Shown here: positions 29,603 through 39,778 of the stretch, in pieces
Layout: each line of letters begins with the position of its first letter
How positions within the stretch are numbered: the first letter of the stretch is position 1
Sequence record: DRR723986_3483
Strand: one strand, 5' to 3'
Length of the DNA: 46,235 nucleotides
The notes under the pieces: generated by a model
What the model was told of the DNA's origin: nothing
Seen by the model: only the letters and a program-made list of their open reading frames with translations
The model's database searches: none
Translations under genes and position numbers: made by a program

Positions 29603-32600
29603 TTAGAAGTTTGCGCTTATACCAAAGTTGAAACTGCGCTGAAGCGGGTAGGTAAATCCTGCGTTGAATAGACCTTCCAGTTTCTCCGGATCAAATGCCT
29701 TTACAAATGGATCTGTGATCGTAAAGATGTTATGCGCATTACTGAACACTCTCAAACTTGACAGACCGATTGTATTTAGAGCGTTGGAATTAAATGTATA
29801 TCCAATCTCCGCACTCTTGAACCTGACATAGGAAGCGTCTCTTCTCCACACCTCACTTTCCGCATAGATCATCCCCATATTTTCAATCAAACGGGATGCT
29901 GGCCAGGTACCTGGAACCCACTCGCTGTCTGCATTGTAAGGGTCTTCTTTTCTCCATCGATCAAAGAAATATGCTGGCGTATTCGATCCTTTGAATGCTA
30001 AAATCTCTGCATATACTTCATTGAATCTCACCGAATACTTGGCTGCACCCTGGAATAGGAAGTTGAAATCAAATCCCTTGTAAGATCCATTCAATGTTAG
30101 ACCAAAAAACATTTTAGGAGTACCATTCCAGAATGTAGGAAGCATATCATTTCCATTGATGATCCCATCTCCATTAACATCTTCGTATTTGAAATCTCCA
30201 GGTAGCTCTCGGATATTACCCAAGCTCCCGTTTTGAATAGGTGCGTTGAGAATTTCTTCCTGATTTGCAAACTGACCCTGATATTGGAAACCCCAAACTG
30301 CATCGTTGTTACGATCCAGGTTCCCGTTTCTCCAGCGGTCCATGCTGTTCAAAAATTCACCTCTTTCTACATAAATGTTTTTCGTCCTTGCATAGTTGAA
30401 ATTACCACTGATTCCATATCGGAAACCATTGACTTCATTCTTGTAGCCTACCATAAAGTCCAGGCCACGTACCTGATCGCTATTCAGGTTTTCCTGAGGA
30501 AGGTTACCACCAAAGGTGTTTGGTAAGGACTGATTTCTATAGGCAAGCAAGCCCTCTCTATTCCTTTGGTACACGTCAAATTCCATATTGAATCTTCCGT
30601 CCCAAAGCCCTAGGTTAAAGCCCAAATCAAGAATTTCAGAGGTAAACCACGTGAGTTGTTCATTCACAATAGATGGAGATCCGGCTCCTACGGTGTATGT
30701 TCCGTCGTTAAACTCGTATCCTCCTCCCCCTGTGGTCGTATATCCACTGACAAATTGGAAAGGGTTACCTGCATCCTCCCCTACTATTCCATACGATCCA
30801 CGGATTTTCAAATCTGAAAGCCAGGAGGAAGTACCACTCATAAAGCTTTCATCAGAAATTCTCCATCCTAAGGAACCTACTGGGAAAAAGCCCCAACGTG
30901 CATCCGGGTGATATCGGTATGATCCATCTTCACGGAAAGAGAACTCTACAAGGTATTTGTCCTTAAAGTCGTAATTAAATCTTCCCACAAATGAAACCCG
31001 TGCGGTCTGTTCCTCCAGACCTCCAGCCTGCTGATTATTCAAGCCAGCGAAGTTGATCTGGTCTGTGGTATAAAAATCATAATACCGAAGTGCTGACACC
31101 CATCTGGACCAGGTTTGTTGCTGCTCGAACACCAAAACACCACCTAGATTGTGATCTTCATTGATTTTGGTATTGTAGGCTGCCTGCGCCTGTAAAGTGA
31201 TCCTGTTAAAATCAGAGCTTCTATTGGAAATGTTTGAGTTTCCGTCGCGCTGCTTCTGCACTACATAACTATCCTCATTAGAATCATAATTATACAGATT
31301 GTATCCTTTTGATAGATTCTTGTTCAGATTAGAAGTGAAATCATAGGCTACCAGGCCTTTGAATGCTAAGCCCTTCAAGAAAGGAGCCTTATAATTTAAA
31401 GAAACTGAAGACTGGATATTCTTATCCGTAGTTTCGTTGTATCCTGTCAGATCTCTGTTTGCCAGAGCAACAGGATTTTGGCCTGAACCTACACTTGATG
31501 GATATTGGGGATTCCCGTTTGCAAAAGGCTGCTCAATAGGCAGAGTCGTCCGTGTTCCTTTGAATATATTGAAGAAATTCTCTCCTGGATCAGATCGCTT
31601 GTCTATTTTCCCGGCTATAAAAACCTGCGTTTCCAAATTTTTTGAAAGCTTGGCCGTGATGTTTGATCTCAATGTATAACGCTTGTACTTGATATCATTA
31701 GACTGAAGCAAACCTTGCTCGTTAAAATATCCGCCACTCAGAAAATAATTTACATTCTCATTTCCGCCGCTTGCACTCAAATTTTGCTGATACTGCCAAG
31801 CCTTATCCTTCAGTGTTTCATCATACCAATTCGTAGATTCATAGCCTGGGGCTCCTGTGATATAATTATTCAGGATTTCCTGGGAATAGAATGGCGCACC
31901 AGTTCCTAACAGTGCCGCATCATTTCTCATTTGAGCCCACTGGGATGCTGAGGCCATTTCCGGCACACCTGTAGGAGTCTGGAAACCTACAGTTCCACTG
32001 TAATTGAATTTTGTAACTCCGGCAGTACCTTTTTTGGTAGTGACGATAATTACACCATTTGCAGCGCGCACACCGTAGATGGCTGCGGATGCATCCTTTA
32101 GAACGGATATACTTTCAATATCATCAGGATTCAAGCGCTGAAACTCACTTCCTCCATCTCTTGGAATCCCATCAATCACATAAAGCGGCGCTCCTCCGAA
32201 ACCACGAATATTAATTGAAGTATTGAATTCCCCCGGCTGTCCGGAGTTTTGTCGGATTTGGAGGCCAGGGACTTTTCCCTGAAGTTTCTGAGCTAAACTT
32301 GAGCTAGTGGTCGTCTGAATCTCCTCAGCACCTATATTACTGATCGCACTGGTAAGCGATTCTTTCTTTTGGGTACCATACCCAATAACCACGACTTCTT
32401 CAAGACCAGCTATGTCTTCTTCAATTGTGATAGTCAGCTGGCTTTGATTGCCGACTAAAATACTTTGCTTCTTATAGCCTATAAAGCTGAAGTCAAGTAC
32501 GGCACCATCTACTGGAACCAGAAGCTGAAAGGATCCGTCAATGTTAGTCACCGTGCCCGTGGTAGTACCTTGAAGGAGAACCGTCACTCCTGGCACTGGC

Positions 32601-32752
32601 TCTTGTTTGCCATCCAAAACTTTTCCTGACACTTGTTTTTTCTGAACAGGGTCATTTTGTGCATTCACTAAGAAGGGTATCATCAAAGTAAAGACTACCG
32701 CCAGGTAGTACTGGATGAACACCCTCCTGATAAGAGGTCTGTTTTTTTTCAT
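29603..32752 (-). CDS. susC: SusC/RagA TonB-dependent transporter (PUL2)
   Basis: LEEVVVIGYG, DIESISVLKDASAAIYGVRAANGVIIVTTKKG, RWGFFP, terminal Phe. Confidence 0.96.
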   Translation of the reverse strand: MKKNRPLIRRVFIQYYLAVVFTLMIPFLVNAQNDPVQKKQVSGKVLDGKQEPVPGVTVLLQGTTTGTVTNIDGSFQLLVPVDGAVLDFSFIGYKKQSILVGNQSQLTITIEEDIAGLEEVVVIGYGTQKKESLTSAISNIGAEEIQTTTSSSLAQKLQGKVPGLQIRQNSGQPGEFNTSINIRGFGGAPLYVIDGIPRDGGSEFQRLNPDDIESISVLKDASAAIYGVRAANGVIIVTTKKGTAGVTKFNYSGTVGFQTPTGVPEMASASQWAQMRNDAALLGTGAPFYSQEILNNYITGAPGYESTNWYDETLKDKAWQYQQNLSASGGNENVNYFLSGGYFNEQGLLQSNDIKYKRYTLRSNITAKLSKNLETQVFIAGKIDKRSDPGENFFNIFKGTRTTLPIEQPFANGNPQYPSSVGSGQNPVALANRDLTGYNETTDKNIQSSVSLNYKAPFLKGLAFKGLVAYDFTSNLNKNLSKGYNLYNYDSNEDSYVVQKQRDGNSNISNRSSDFNRITLQAQAAYNTKINEDHNLGGVLVFEQQQTWSRWVSALRYYDFYTTDQINFAGLNNQQAGGLEEQTARVSFVGRFNYDFKDKYLVEFSFREDGSYRYHPDARWGFFPVGSLGWRISDESFMSGTSSWLSDLKIRGSYGIVGEDAGNPFQFVSGYTTTGGGGYEFNDGTYTVGAGSPSIVNEQLTWFTSEILDLGFNLGLWDGRFNMEFDVYQRNREGLLAYRNQSLPNTFGGNLPQENLNSDQVRGLDFMVGYKNEVNGFRYGISGNFNYARTKNIYVERGEFLNSMDRWRNGNLDRNNDAVWGFQYQGQFANQEEILNAPIQNGSLGNIRELPGDFKYEDVNGDGIINGNDMLPTFWNGTPKMFFGLTLNGSYKGFDFNFLFQGAAKYSVRFNEVYAEILAFKGSNTPAYFFDRWRKEDPYNADSEWVPGTWPASRLIENMGMIYAESEVWRRDASYVRFKSAEIGYTFNSNALNTIGLSSLRVFSNAHNIFTITDPFVKAFDPEKLEGLFNAGFTYPLQRSFNFGISANF

Positions 32753-33391
32753 GTTGTTTAGATTAGGATTGGGAATTGTTAAAGATTAACCACTCAGAGA
32801 AGAGTAATTGATTGTGAAAAGTCAGGTAAAATCATGTTTCATCGGTATTAAATTTTGGGTTGGGATTAGGAAAATAGCTGCTAGGCCTGCCCGAAATTCG
32901 AGCAAGACAAAACAGGAATTCATTGAATTTTTATTTTGAGAAAGCCTTTAAGCTGATCACTTGATCTGAAAAAATCAAGTAGTAGAAATGCTAAAAAAAC
33001 ATGGATTTGACTCTCCAAGTAATTTGTAAAGTAGGTATTCTTCATTTTGGGTTCAGTTAATGGTTTGATCAAAAACTGTCCTAAATGAAGCACAATGCAA
33101 TTAATTTGGAATTAATATTTGCTTAACACTTCATAAAATTTGGAACAAAGTCAAAAAAAGATGAATAATCTGAAAATATTCTCTGTATTTGGGCAAGAAG
33201 GAATTCATCCGCTCCACCTTCTCCATTGTTTTTAACATTATGAAATAGAATAATAAACACTCAACACAAAAAAATCCATAGTCAAAAAATAGCACTGCCC
33301 ATATTTCTTTTCTAGGTTTATATTGGTATTACCCAATAAATACAATTACCCAAAATACTCCATTAGGAGAAAGATTAAAGCCTATTCACAC

Positions 33392-35920
33392 GTGAACAAA
33401 ATCAAGTTCTTCTTAATACTACTTTTTACTCAGCTTTTATGGACAAGAGCAGAAGCACAAACTGGATTGAATTCAGGATTGTACTTCAATTCCCATGAAG
33501 TAATTCAGGACGAAAGAACCTCGCTAAACTTAACACCGGACGATCCTATCACAATAAAAGAAAAACTAGTCCTGAATTTTGACATTCGGTTCAGACAAGG
33601 GGATGGTTACTACGGCTATATTTTTAAAATGCTTGGAAATGAAACCACTCCAATCAACCTAGTATCCAATCTGGCATCTGAAACGGAGAATTTTTGGCTA
33701 GTGGTAGGTGATCAATCTGTACTTTCTTTCTATTGGAAGGACCTAGGAGGTGTTATATATAACGAGTGGGCGAAAATAAAAATGACCTACGTTTCGGATT
33801 CAGGTGAATTCACCTTAAGTATCAATGGAATTGAAAAAAAAGCAATTCTCAACGGTTTCACTGGCCTAGATGAATTTCAGATTGTTTTTGGAGCAAGCAA
33901 AGTTGCTAAAATGCTCAACAGTGATGTTTGCCCTATGACTCTAAAAAACCTCAGAATACATGATTCTGATGTGGCTATAAGAGATTGGCAGCTAATAAAG
34001 CACAATAATGAGTGGGTGTATGATGAGATCAAAGGCTATGAAGCAGAAGTAAAATTTCCCAACTGGGAGATAGACAAGCATACCAATTGGACAAAATCGA
34101 AAAGTCTGATCATGTCAGAAATCCTCGGCATCACCAGCACTGTGGCAGCCGATACCATTTTCATTGTGGGATTGGATCAGGTCAAAGTTTACAACACTAG
34201 TACTGGAGAAATGGCTAGCATGCCTTATAGGTACGGGAATCCGTACCCTTGCCTAGACAATAACATCCTTTATAATGACAAGACTAAGGAAATCTGGTCT
34301 TACTCCTTCGACACCGTTGCAATAAATAAATTCAATATAAAAACCCTTTCTTGGTTGTCTGCTCCAGACACATGCCCAGAGCCGGATCTATGGCATCATG
34401 TCAGGCTTTTCAATGAACCAAAAGATCAGATTGTGACTTTTGGAGGCTATGGCCATTATACGTACAAATCCAATTTGATGTCTCTGAAGGATGGGGCAAC
34501 TTCATGGGATTCTATTAATAACTCAAGTCAAATACCTCCAAGGTACCTAAGCAGCGCCGGGTGGATGGATGACCACAAAGTTTTACTTTTTGGTGGCTTT
34601 GGTAGCCCTACTGGAAACCAAGGGATAAACCCACAACACTATTACGACATTTACTCGCTTGATCTCAAAAGTAAAAGCATACAGAAAATCAAGGAGTTAA
34701 AGAACATAAGCACTCCATTCACCCCGGTCGCCAATTCTATCATTTCAAAGGATAAATCAAGTTTCTACACCTTGCTTTATAACAACATCAATTATAATAC
34801 TAGCCTTCAATTGACAGAAATTGGTATTACAAATGAAGTTTTCAGAGCCTTTGAAGACTCAATTCCCTATAATTTTCTGGATACTCAAAGTTGGGCAGGG
34901 CTATACCTAAACTCCAATGATTCAAAACTTATCGCAGTAACACGTACGGATAGCATAGTGGAATTCTACCAAAGGGCTTATCCCCCACTTTTAATAAATG
35001 AGGCTCTGCAATCTAATAGAGTAAAAACCAGTAATTCAACACTTATACTCTTAATAGCTGGGGCAATAGTGATCATTGCAGCAATTCTTGTATTTAGGAA
35101 ATACGGAAATAGGGTGAAGCAAAAAAACCTTACAAAGGAGAATTTGGCAACTAGTCCAACTGAAAAAACAGTGATGGAAAAACCCCAGGGCGCTGCAATA
35201 TATTTGATGGGAGGATTTCAGATTTTTGACAAAAATGGGGAGGACATTACAGGCCAGTTTACACCGACTATAAAACAACTTTTTCTACTCATTTACCTTT
35301 CAGGCATTTTGGACAAAAAAGGAATTTCGTCAGAAATACTAACTGAAACGCTATGGAGTGATAAGACCACTACCAGTGCCAGAAACAATAGGAATGTCAA
35401 CATCAGCAAGATTAGGCTTATACTGGAAAAAGTGTCAACCGCACTGATATTAACTCATGAAAACACCTTTTGGAAAATAGAACATGACGACACAGTGTAT
35501 TCTGATATTTTTGATTCCAAGCAATTGTTTCAGAAAGTCAAATCAGGTAATAAACTCACCGATCAAGAAGTAGAACGATTGCTCAGCAATTCCTCAAAAG
35601 GAGGTATTTGTCCAAGTGTTCAGACAGAATGGATGGACCAGTTCAAAGCTGATTTCTCTGCCCAATTGCTTGATGTATTTTTTGAAATTATGCGTCAAAC
35701 AGATAATCATAATTTATTAGCCAAACTATCAGATTCAATCCTCAAACTTGACCCTCTAAATGATGAGGCACTACGACAACGATGCTATTCGCTTTCGAAA
35801 CTTGGTAAAAAAGGTCAGGCTTTAACAGCCTACAATCAGTTCTGCAAAGACTACTTGAATCTACTTGGAGAAGAGTTTAAAACAGAATTCTCTGTTTTGT
35901 TGGAAGGAGGAACGTCTTAA
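33392..35920 (+). CDS. Membrane-spanning one-component regulator: periplasmic beta-domain + Kelch repeats, TM, cytoplasmic SARP-like wHTH/BTAD
   Basis: GTG at 33392 gives a signal peptide (track start 33323 is less likely); Kelch FGGYG/FGGFG; TM LILLIAGAIVIIAAILVF; IYLMGGFQI..KQLFLL..LWSDK..RNVNISKIR..DPLNDEAL; divergent from PUL2. Confidence 0.75.
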   Translation: MNKIKFFLILLFTQLLWTRAEAQTGLNSGLYFNSHEVIQDERTSLNLTPDDPITIKEKLVLNFDIRFRQGDGYYGYIFKMLGNETTPINLVSNLASETENFWLVVGDQSVLSFYWKDLGGVIYNEWAKIKMTYVSDSGEFTLSINGIEKKAILNGFTGLDEFQIVFGASKVAKMLNSDVCPMTLKNLRIHDSDVAIRDWQLIKHNNEWVYDEIKGYEAEVKFPNWEIDKHTNWTKSKSLIMSEILGITSTVAADTIFIVGLDQVKVYNTSTGEMASMPYRYGNPYPCLDNNILYNDKTKEIWSYSFDTVAINKFNIKTLSWLSAPDTCPEPDLWHHVRLFNEPKDQIVTFGGYGHYTYKSNLMSLKDGATSWDSINNSSQIPPRYLSSAGWMDDHKVLLFGGFGSPTGNQGINPQHYYDIYSLDLKSKSIQKIKELKNISTPFTPVANSIISKDKSSFYTLLYNNINYNTSLQLTEIGITNEVFRAFEDSIPYNFLDTQSWAGLYLNSNDSKLIAVTRTDSIVEFYQRAYPPLLINEALQSNRVKTSNSTLILLIAGAIVIIAAILVFRKYGNRVKQKNLTKENLATSPTEKTVMEKPQGAAIYLMGGFQIFDKNGEDITGQFTPTIKQLFLLIYLSGILDKKGISSEILTETLWSDKTTTSARNNRNVNISKIRLILEKVSTALILTHENTFWKIEHDDTVYSDIFDSKQLFQKVKSGNKLTDQEVERLLSNSSKGGICPSVQTEWMDQFKADFSAQLLDVFFEIMRQTDNHNLLAKLSDSILKLDPLNDEALRQRCYSLSKLGKKGQALTAYNQFCKDYLNLLGEEFKTEFSVLLEGGTS

Positions 35921-35954
35921 TGAATAGTTTTTTAATTCAAGCAGAAAATCCATT

Positions 35955-35989
35955 AAAAAAGGCCAATTTTTTCCGAATTAGCCTTTTTT
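35955..35989. terminator. Bidirectional intrinsic terminator
   Basis: AAAAAAGGCCAATT...AATTAGCCTTTTTT between convergent genes. Confidence 0.75.
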
Positions 35990-36006
35990 CCTATCAATCT
36001 ATCGTA

Positions 36007-37200
36007 TTACTCAACAACTACATTTTCAGCCATCTTGTACATATCTGGCAAGTCCTTGCTGAATAATGTAAAGGAGCTTTTGTAAAACTCCTTGAAATCA
36101 GCTGCAGAACTGTGCTGAGCCCAAGGACCATAATAGTGATATCCTTCCTGTGTAGGATCGTATTTATTTCTCCACACGACTACTAATGAAATGTCTTTTC
36201 CGATGATAGGAGTAAGTATCTCCTTAGTCCAATATTTGGCATATTCATTTCCTGAATTGTCACGGACGCCTTCGATTCCTGTTTCAGTAACACCAACAGG
36301 CTTCATTTTGGCTTTACCCAAAGCTGCTAGATTAGAAACATTGGTGGAAAGGGAGTTTGTGTTGGTGCCATGATAACTATCTATCCCTATAAAGTCAACA
36401 TAATCGTCACCTGGCCAGCGATATAAAATCTTATCTGTCGTACTAGGACTATCCAGTTGGGGAGAAATAGCAAAGATCAGATTATGTACTTCCTTTTCCT
36501 TGGTGAGGTAATCCACCGTGAATTTCCAAAACGATATAAATTCATCCTGTGTAGTTGCACTACTCCCCCACCACGACCAGGTCTGTGTATGTTCATGATA
36601 AGGTCTGAAAATAATAGGTATCAAATCTCCTTCCGAATCTTTTAATTCACCAAGAAAGGAAGCTAAACGATCCAGCCATTCCTTGTATTTAACATTTGTT
36701 GCGCTTCCCTCGGTAAGGATTTCTTTTACCACCTGATTACTGGAATTATCCCAGGAATCTCCACCTGTTAAAGGGTTGTTGAGATGGGCACATGCAGTAA
36801 TGGCCTCTCCTCTACTTCTTGCTTCAAGAATGGTTCTCTTACGATCATCATTCAGGTCGCTGCTAGCATGTCTATCATCCATAATTTCCGCAAAGTCCAC
36901 AGAATAAACTCCTGGGAAATCCCCAACTATTTCCTTGGTGTCAGATCCACCGGCATCCGTGTACCAAAGTCTTCCATAGAGCAAGTCATCATGATGCCCA
37001 AACATAAAACCCTTGGATTGTATTGCCCATAGGTTTGAATAGAGGGCTTTAGTTTTTTCAGTTGCATTTTTATCTACCAGCGACAACTTTATTTCTTGTT
37101 CCTGTGTGGGGTCAGGCGGAGTTATAATTGGTTCTTCTGCCGAGCTGCAGCCCATATTGAACACTAATGCTATAAGTAATAATATTTTAGGGAATCTCAT
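36007..37200 (-). CDS. GH26 endo-beta-mannanase-like lipoprotein
   Basis: Lipobox MGC; FGHHDD, HLNNP, IFRPYHEH..WSWWG (acid/base), PGDDYVDFIGIDSY, VTETG (nucleophile), WRN. Confidence 0.92.
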   Translation of the reverse strand: MRFPKILLLIALVFNMGCSSAEEPIITPPDPTQEQEIKLSLVDKNATEKTKALYSNLWAIQSKGFMFGHHDDLLYGRLWYTDAGGSDTKEIVGDFPGVYSVDFAEIMDDRHASSDLNDDRKRTILEARSRGEAITACAHLNNPLTGGDSWDNSSNQVVKEILTEGSATNVKYKEWLDRLASFLGELKDSEGDLIPIIFRPYHEHTQTWSWWGSSATTQDEFISFWKFTVDYLTKEKEVHNLIFAISPQLDSPSTTDKILYRWPGDDYVDFIGIDSYHGTNTNSLSTNVSNLAALGKAKMKPVGVTETGIEGVRDNSGNEYAKYWTKEILTPIIGKDISLVVVWRNKYDPTQEGYHYYGPWAQHSSAADFKEFYKSSFTLFSKDLPDMYKMAENVVVE

Positions 37201-37238
37201 TTTTTCTAAATGTGGGTTATTTTAAGTCTCAAACGAAT

Positions 37239-37281
37239 AAAAAATGGGCATTCTCATCTATGAAATTAGATGAAATGCCCA
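37239..37281 (-). terminator. Intra-PUL terminator/stem-loop before GH26
   Basis: TGGGCATT(C)TCATCTA / TAGATGAAATGCCCA followed by T6 on the minus strand. Confidence 0.65.
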
Positions 37282-37290
37282 CGTATATAG

Positions 37291-38247
37291 TTAATCAACT
37301 TTTTCTAAATCAATCCAATACCTTCTTGGTCGCTTGATAAACTTGTCGTAGTCGCTATAGATACTATTCCAGTCATCAGTACCATTCAGATTGAATGCAA
37401 ATGCATAATTATCAACTGTTTTGGAATACCCATTCCCTAAAGCCTCAGTGACAGGGCCTTCCACAAATTGACCACTTGTTTTAGTACCATCAGCAAAGGT
37501 GAAGGTCACCATACCGGTAGCATAATTTCTGGACCAAGTCCCTTCACCGGTTGGGATTTTTCTGTAAAAACCATTGACATCCGTTGCAGGATAACTGCCA
37601 AAAGCAACTTGTTGAAAGTCAGCATACGCTTCATCAGCTCCAGCATTGTTTACAATCTTACCAAAGCTATTTCCATCTTCAGTAAAACCTTCCAATTCTA
37701 GAGTCAAAGTATTATCTAGCTCTGTATCCGGACCTCCCGAAGGAAGCCATACCCAAGGTTTGTCCGTCATGGCAAGTACTCCTCCGCCGCCATATTCAGG
37801 CCCCGTACCTCCATAAACTATCAAGTTATTAATGTGGTACGTTCCGATTATGGTTTCTTCGAAGGGCTCTGCAATCACAGTATATATCCTTGATTTACCA
37901 GTTGGAGAAGTCACAGTGATAGTACTACTACTTGATTCATTCTCAAAGTTTAAAGTTTCACCTGGCTGTACCGTTGCCTCAGCTCCATAAGAAAGAACCA
38001 ATGAATTTATCTTGACAGCACTCAAATCTGTAACAGCTCCGGTATTGATACCCAAAGTTATTGTTCCTGTCTGGTCATCCACCCGGACTATTTCCTCTTT
38101 TCCCACTTGATTTTCAAATTTGAGGGTAAGAATACTTCGCTCATTGTTCCAGTTGCCCTCATCAAATTCTTCAAACGGATCCTTTACACAGGAAAACTGA
38201 GTGATGACAATCAGAAGCAGGAACAGGTTACTTATATATGATTTCAT
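37291..38247 (-). CDS. Lipoprotein in the SusE position (putative surface glycan-binding protein)
   Basis: Lipobox FSC; Ig-like N-domain (TITVTSPTGKSRIYTV); aromatic-rich C-domain; directly after susD. Confidence 0.65.
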   Translation of the reverse strand: MKSYISNLFLLLIVITQFSCVKDPFEEFDEGNWNNERSILTLKFENQVGKEEIVRVDDQTGTITLGINTGAVTDLSAVKINSLVLSYGAEATVQPGETLNFENESSSSTITVTSPTGKSRIYTVIAEPFEETIIGTYHINNLIVYGGTGPEYGGGGVLAMTDKPWVWLPSGGPDTELDNTLTLELEGFTEDGNSFGKIVNNAGADEAYADFQQVAFGSYPATDVNGFYRKIPTGEGTWSRNYATGMVTFTFADGTKTSGQFVEGPVTEALGNGYSKTVDNYAFAFNLNGTDDWNSIYSDYDKFIKRPRRYWIDLEKVD

Positions 38248-38272
38248 TTGTTTGGAAATTTTGGGTTGATCA

Positions 38273-39766
38273 TTACAAAGATTGATTCAAGTCGATTTCA
38301 ATTTGAGGAAGCGGATAAAATGCAACTTGTTCATCCGTTAATCCTGCTGCTTCATCTATGAGTTTATTCACCCTATTGAACCTGCGTAAATCATACATGC
38401 GGTTACCTTCATACATCAGCTCCCAGCTACGCTCCAGCCAAACTGCCTCTCTAAAATCTTCCCGAGATAATCCAGGAATCAAATTCCCTAAACCTGCTCG
38501 GTTGCGGATGTAGTTGACCATTTCATAACCTTGCGCATTTGGTCCGGCAGCTTCTGCATAAACTAAAGCAACGTCAGAAAATCTTATCAAATACGGTTTG
38601 GTGCTAGTCTTATCCTGGATATAATGTGGGTCAACATATTTTCTTGAGAATCTGTAAGGAACGGCACCTGGGAAGGATGCGATTTCTTCACCTGACTCAT
38701 CATAGACAGTAGATACCAGCAATTCACTTCCTCGCTTATCCGCCTCATCAAAGGTGTCGTAGAAAGATTCCTTGGTCTGAAACACGCTCCAACCGTCGTG
38801 GGATTCGGTCAACGTACCATCACCATTGTCTAGGTAAATGGCCGAACCAGCGATATATGGGATAAAAAGTTTAGAAATTTTAGAATAATCCCCTTCTATG
38901 ATTCCACTTCTATCCATCGACATCAGGAAAATATGTTCCGGACCAGTAGGTTGATCCACATCATAGATATCCAGTAGCTTATCATCAAACCCATAAATAT
39001 TTTGACCTGTAATCACCTCGTTTGCAAAATAAGCAGCACTATCATACATGGCTGACACCTCTCTTCTACTGCTTGTGTATTGTGGCACGTTGTGATCTTT
39101 TGAAGAAGCTATATGCAGGTAAACCTTTGCTGCCAAAGCTTGAGCAGCAACTTTATCCGCCCTTCCAGTGGCTCTATGGATTTCCAGAAGTTCGATAGCT
39201 TGCTTACAGTCCGCTAGGATCAGATCATAAACTTCATCCAAATCGGTAGCTAGAGGAGATGAAGTCTGGTCCAGAGTTCCTACAAAAGATCTATGCATAG
39301 GCACTCTGCCAAAGTTTCTAGCCAAATTGAAATAGCTCCAAGCTCTCAAGAAATGTGCTTCACCCAGGTATTTGGCTTTGGCTGATTCTTCAATGGCTGA
39401 ATTTGGAATCACATCAAGAATTGCATTTGTTCTATTGATAGCGATGTAGGCATACTTGAAGAAATTCACCAAACTCCCGTTAGTTGAAAAATTAGCTACT
39501 TTCCAGTTATTCAGATCCTGAGCATCTGCACCTTCATCAGCTTTTGGGTTGCACTCATCCGAGGGCATATCCCCTAGCATAAATACCGTTCTGGAATATT
39601 CCAAAAAAGTTAAAGCATCATAGGCATAACTAATTGCTGCTTCGGCATCGGCTACCGAATTGTAGAAATTATCTTCTGAATAGAAACCATATGGCTCCTC
39701 ACTTAGGTCACACGCGTTAATCGTAAAAAGACCAACTATTATCAGTATATATTTTTGAAATTTCAT
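38273..39766 (-). CDS. susD: SusD/RagB lipoprotein (PUL3)
   Basis: Lipobox NAC; GEAHFLRAWSYFNL, AAQALAAKVYL, RFSDVALVYAEA, ERSWELMYEGNRMYDLRR, PLPQIEIDLN. Confidence 0.94.
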   Translation of the reverse strand: MKFQKYILIIVGLFTINACDLSEEPYGFYSEDNFYNSVADAEAAISYAYDALTFLEYSRTVFMLGDMPSDECNPKADEGADAQDLNNWKVANFSTNGSLVNFFKYAYIAINRTNAILDVIPNSAIEESAKAKYLGEAHFLRAWSYFNLARNFGRVPMHRSFVGTLDQTSSPLATDLDEVYDLILADCKQAIELLEIHRATGRADKVAAQALAAKVYLHIASSKDHNVPQYTSSRREVSAMYDSAAYFANEVITGQNIYGFDDKLLDIYDVDQPTGPEHIFLMSMDRSGIIEGDYSKISKLFIPYIAGSAIYLDNGDGTLTESHDGWSVFQTKESFYDTFDEADKRGSELLVSTVYDESGEEIASFPGAVPYRFSRKYVDPHYIQDKTSTKPYLIRFSDVALVYAEAAGPNAQGYEMVNYIRNRAGLGNLIPGLSREDFREAVWLERSWELMYEGNRMYDLRRFNRVNKLIDEAAGLTDEQVAFYPLPQIEIDLNQSL

Positions 39767-39778
39767 GTTTGTGTTCAG

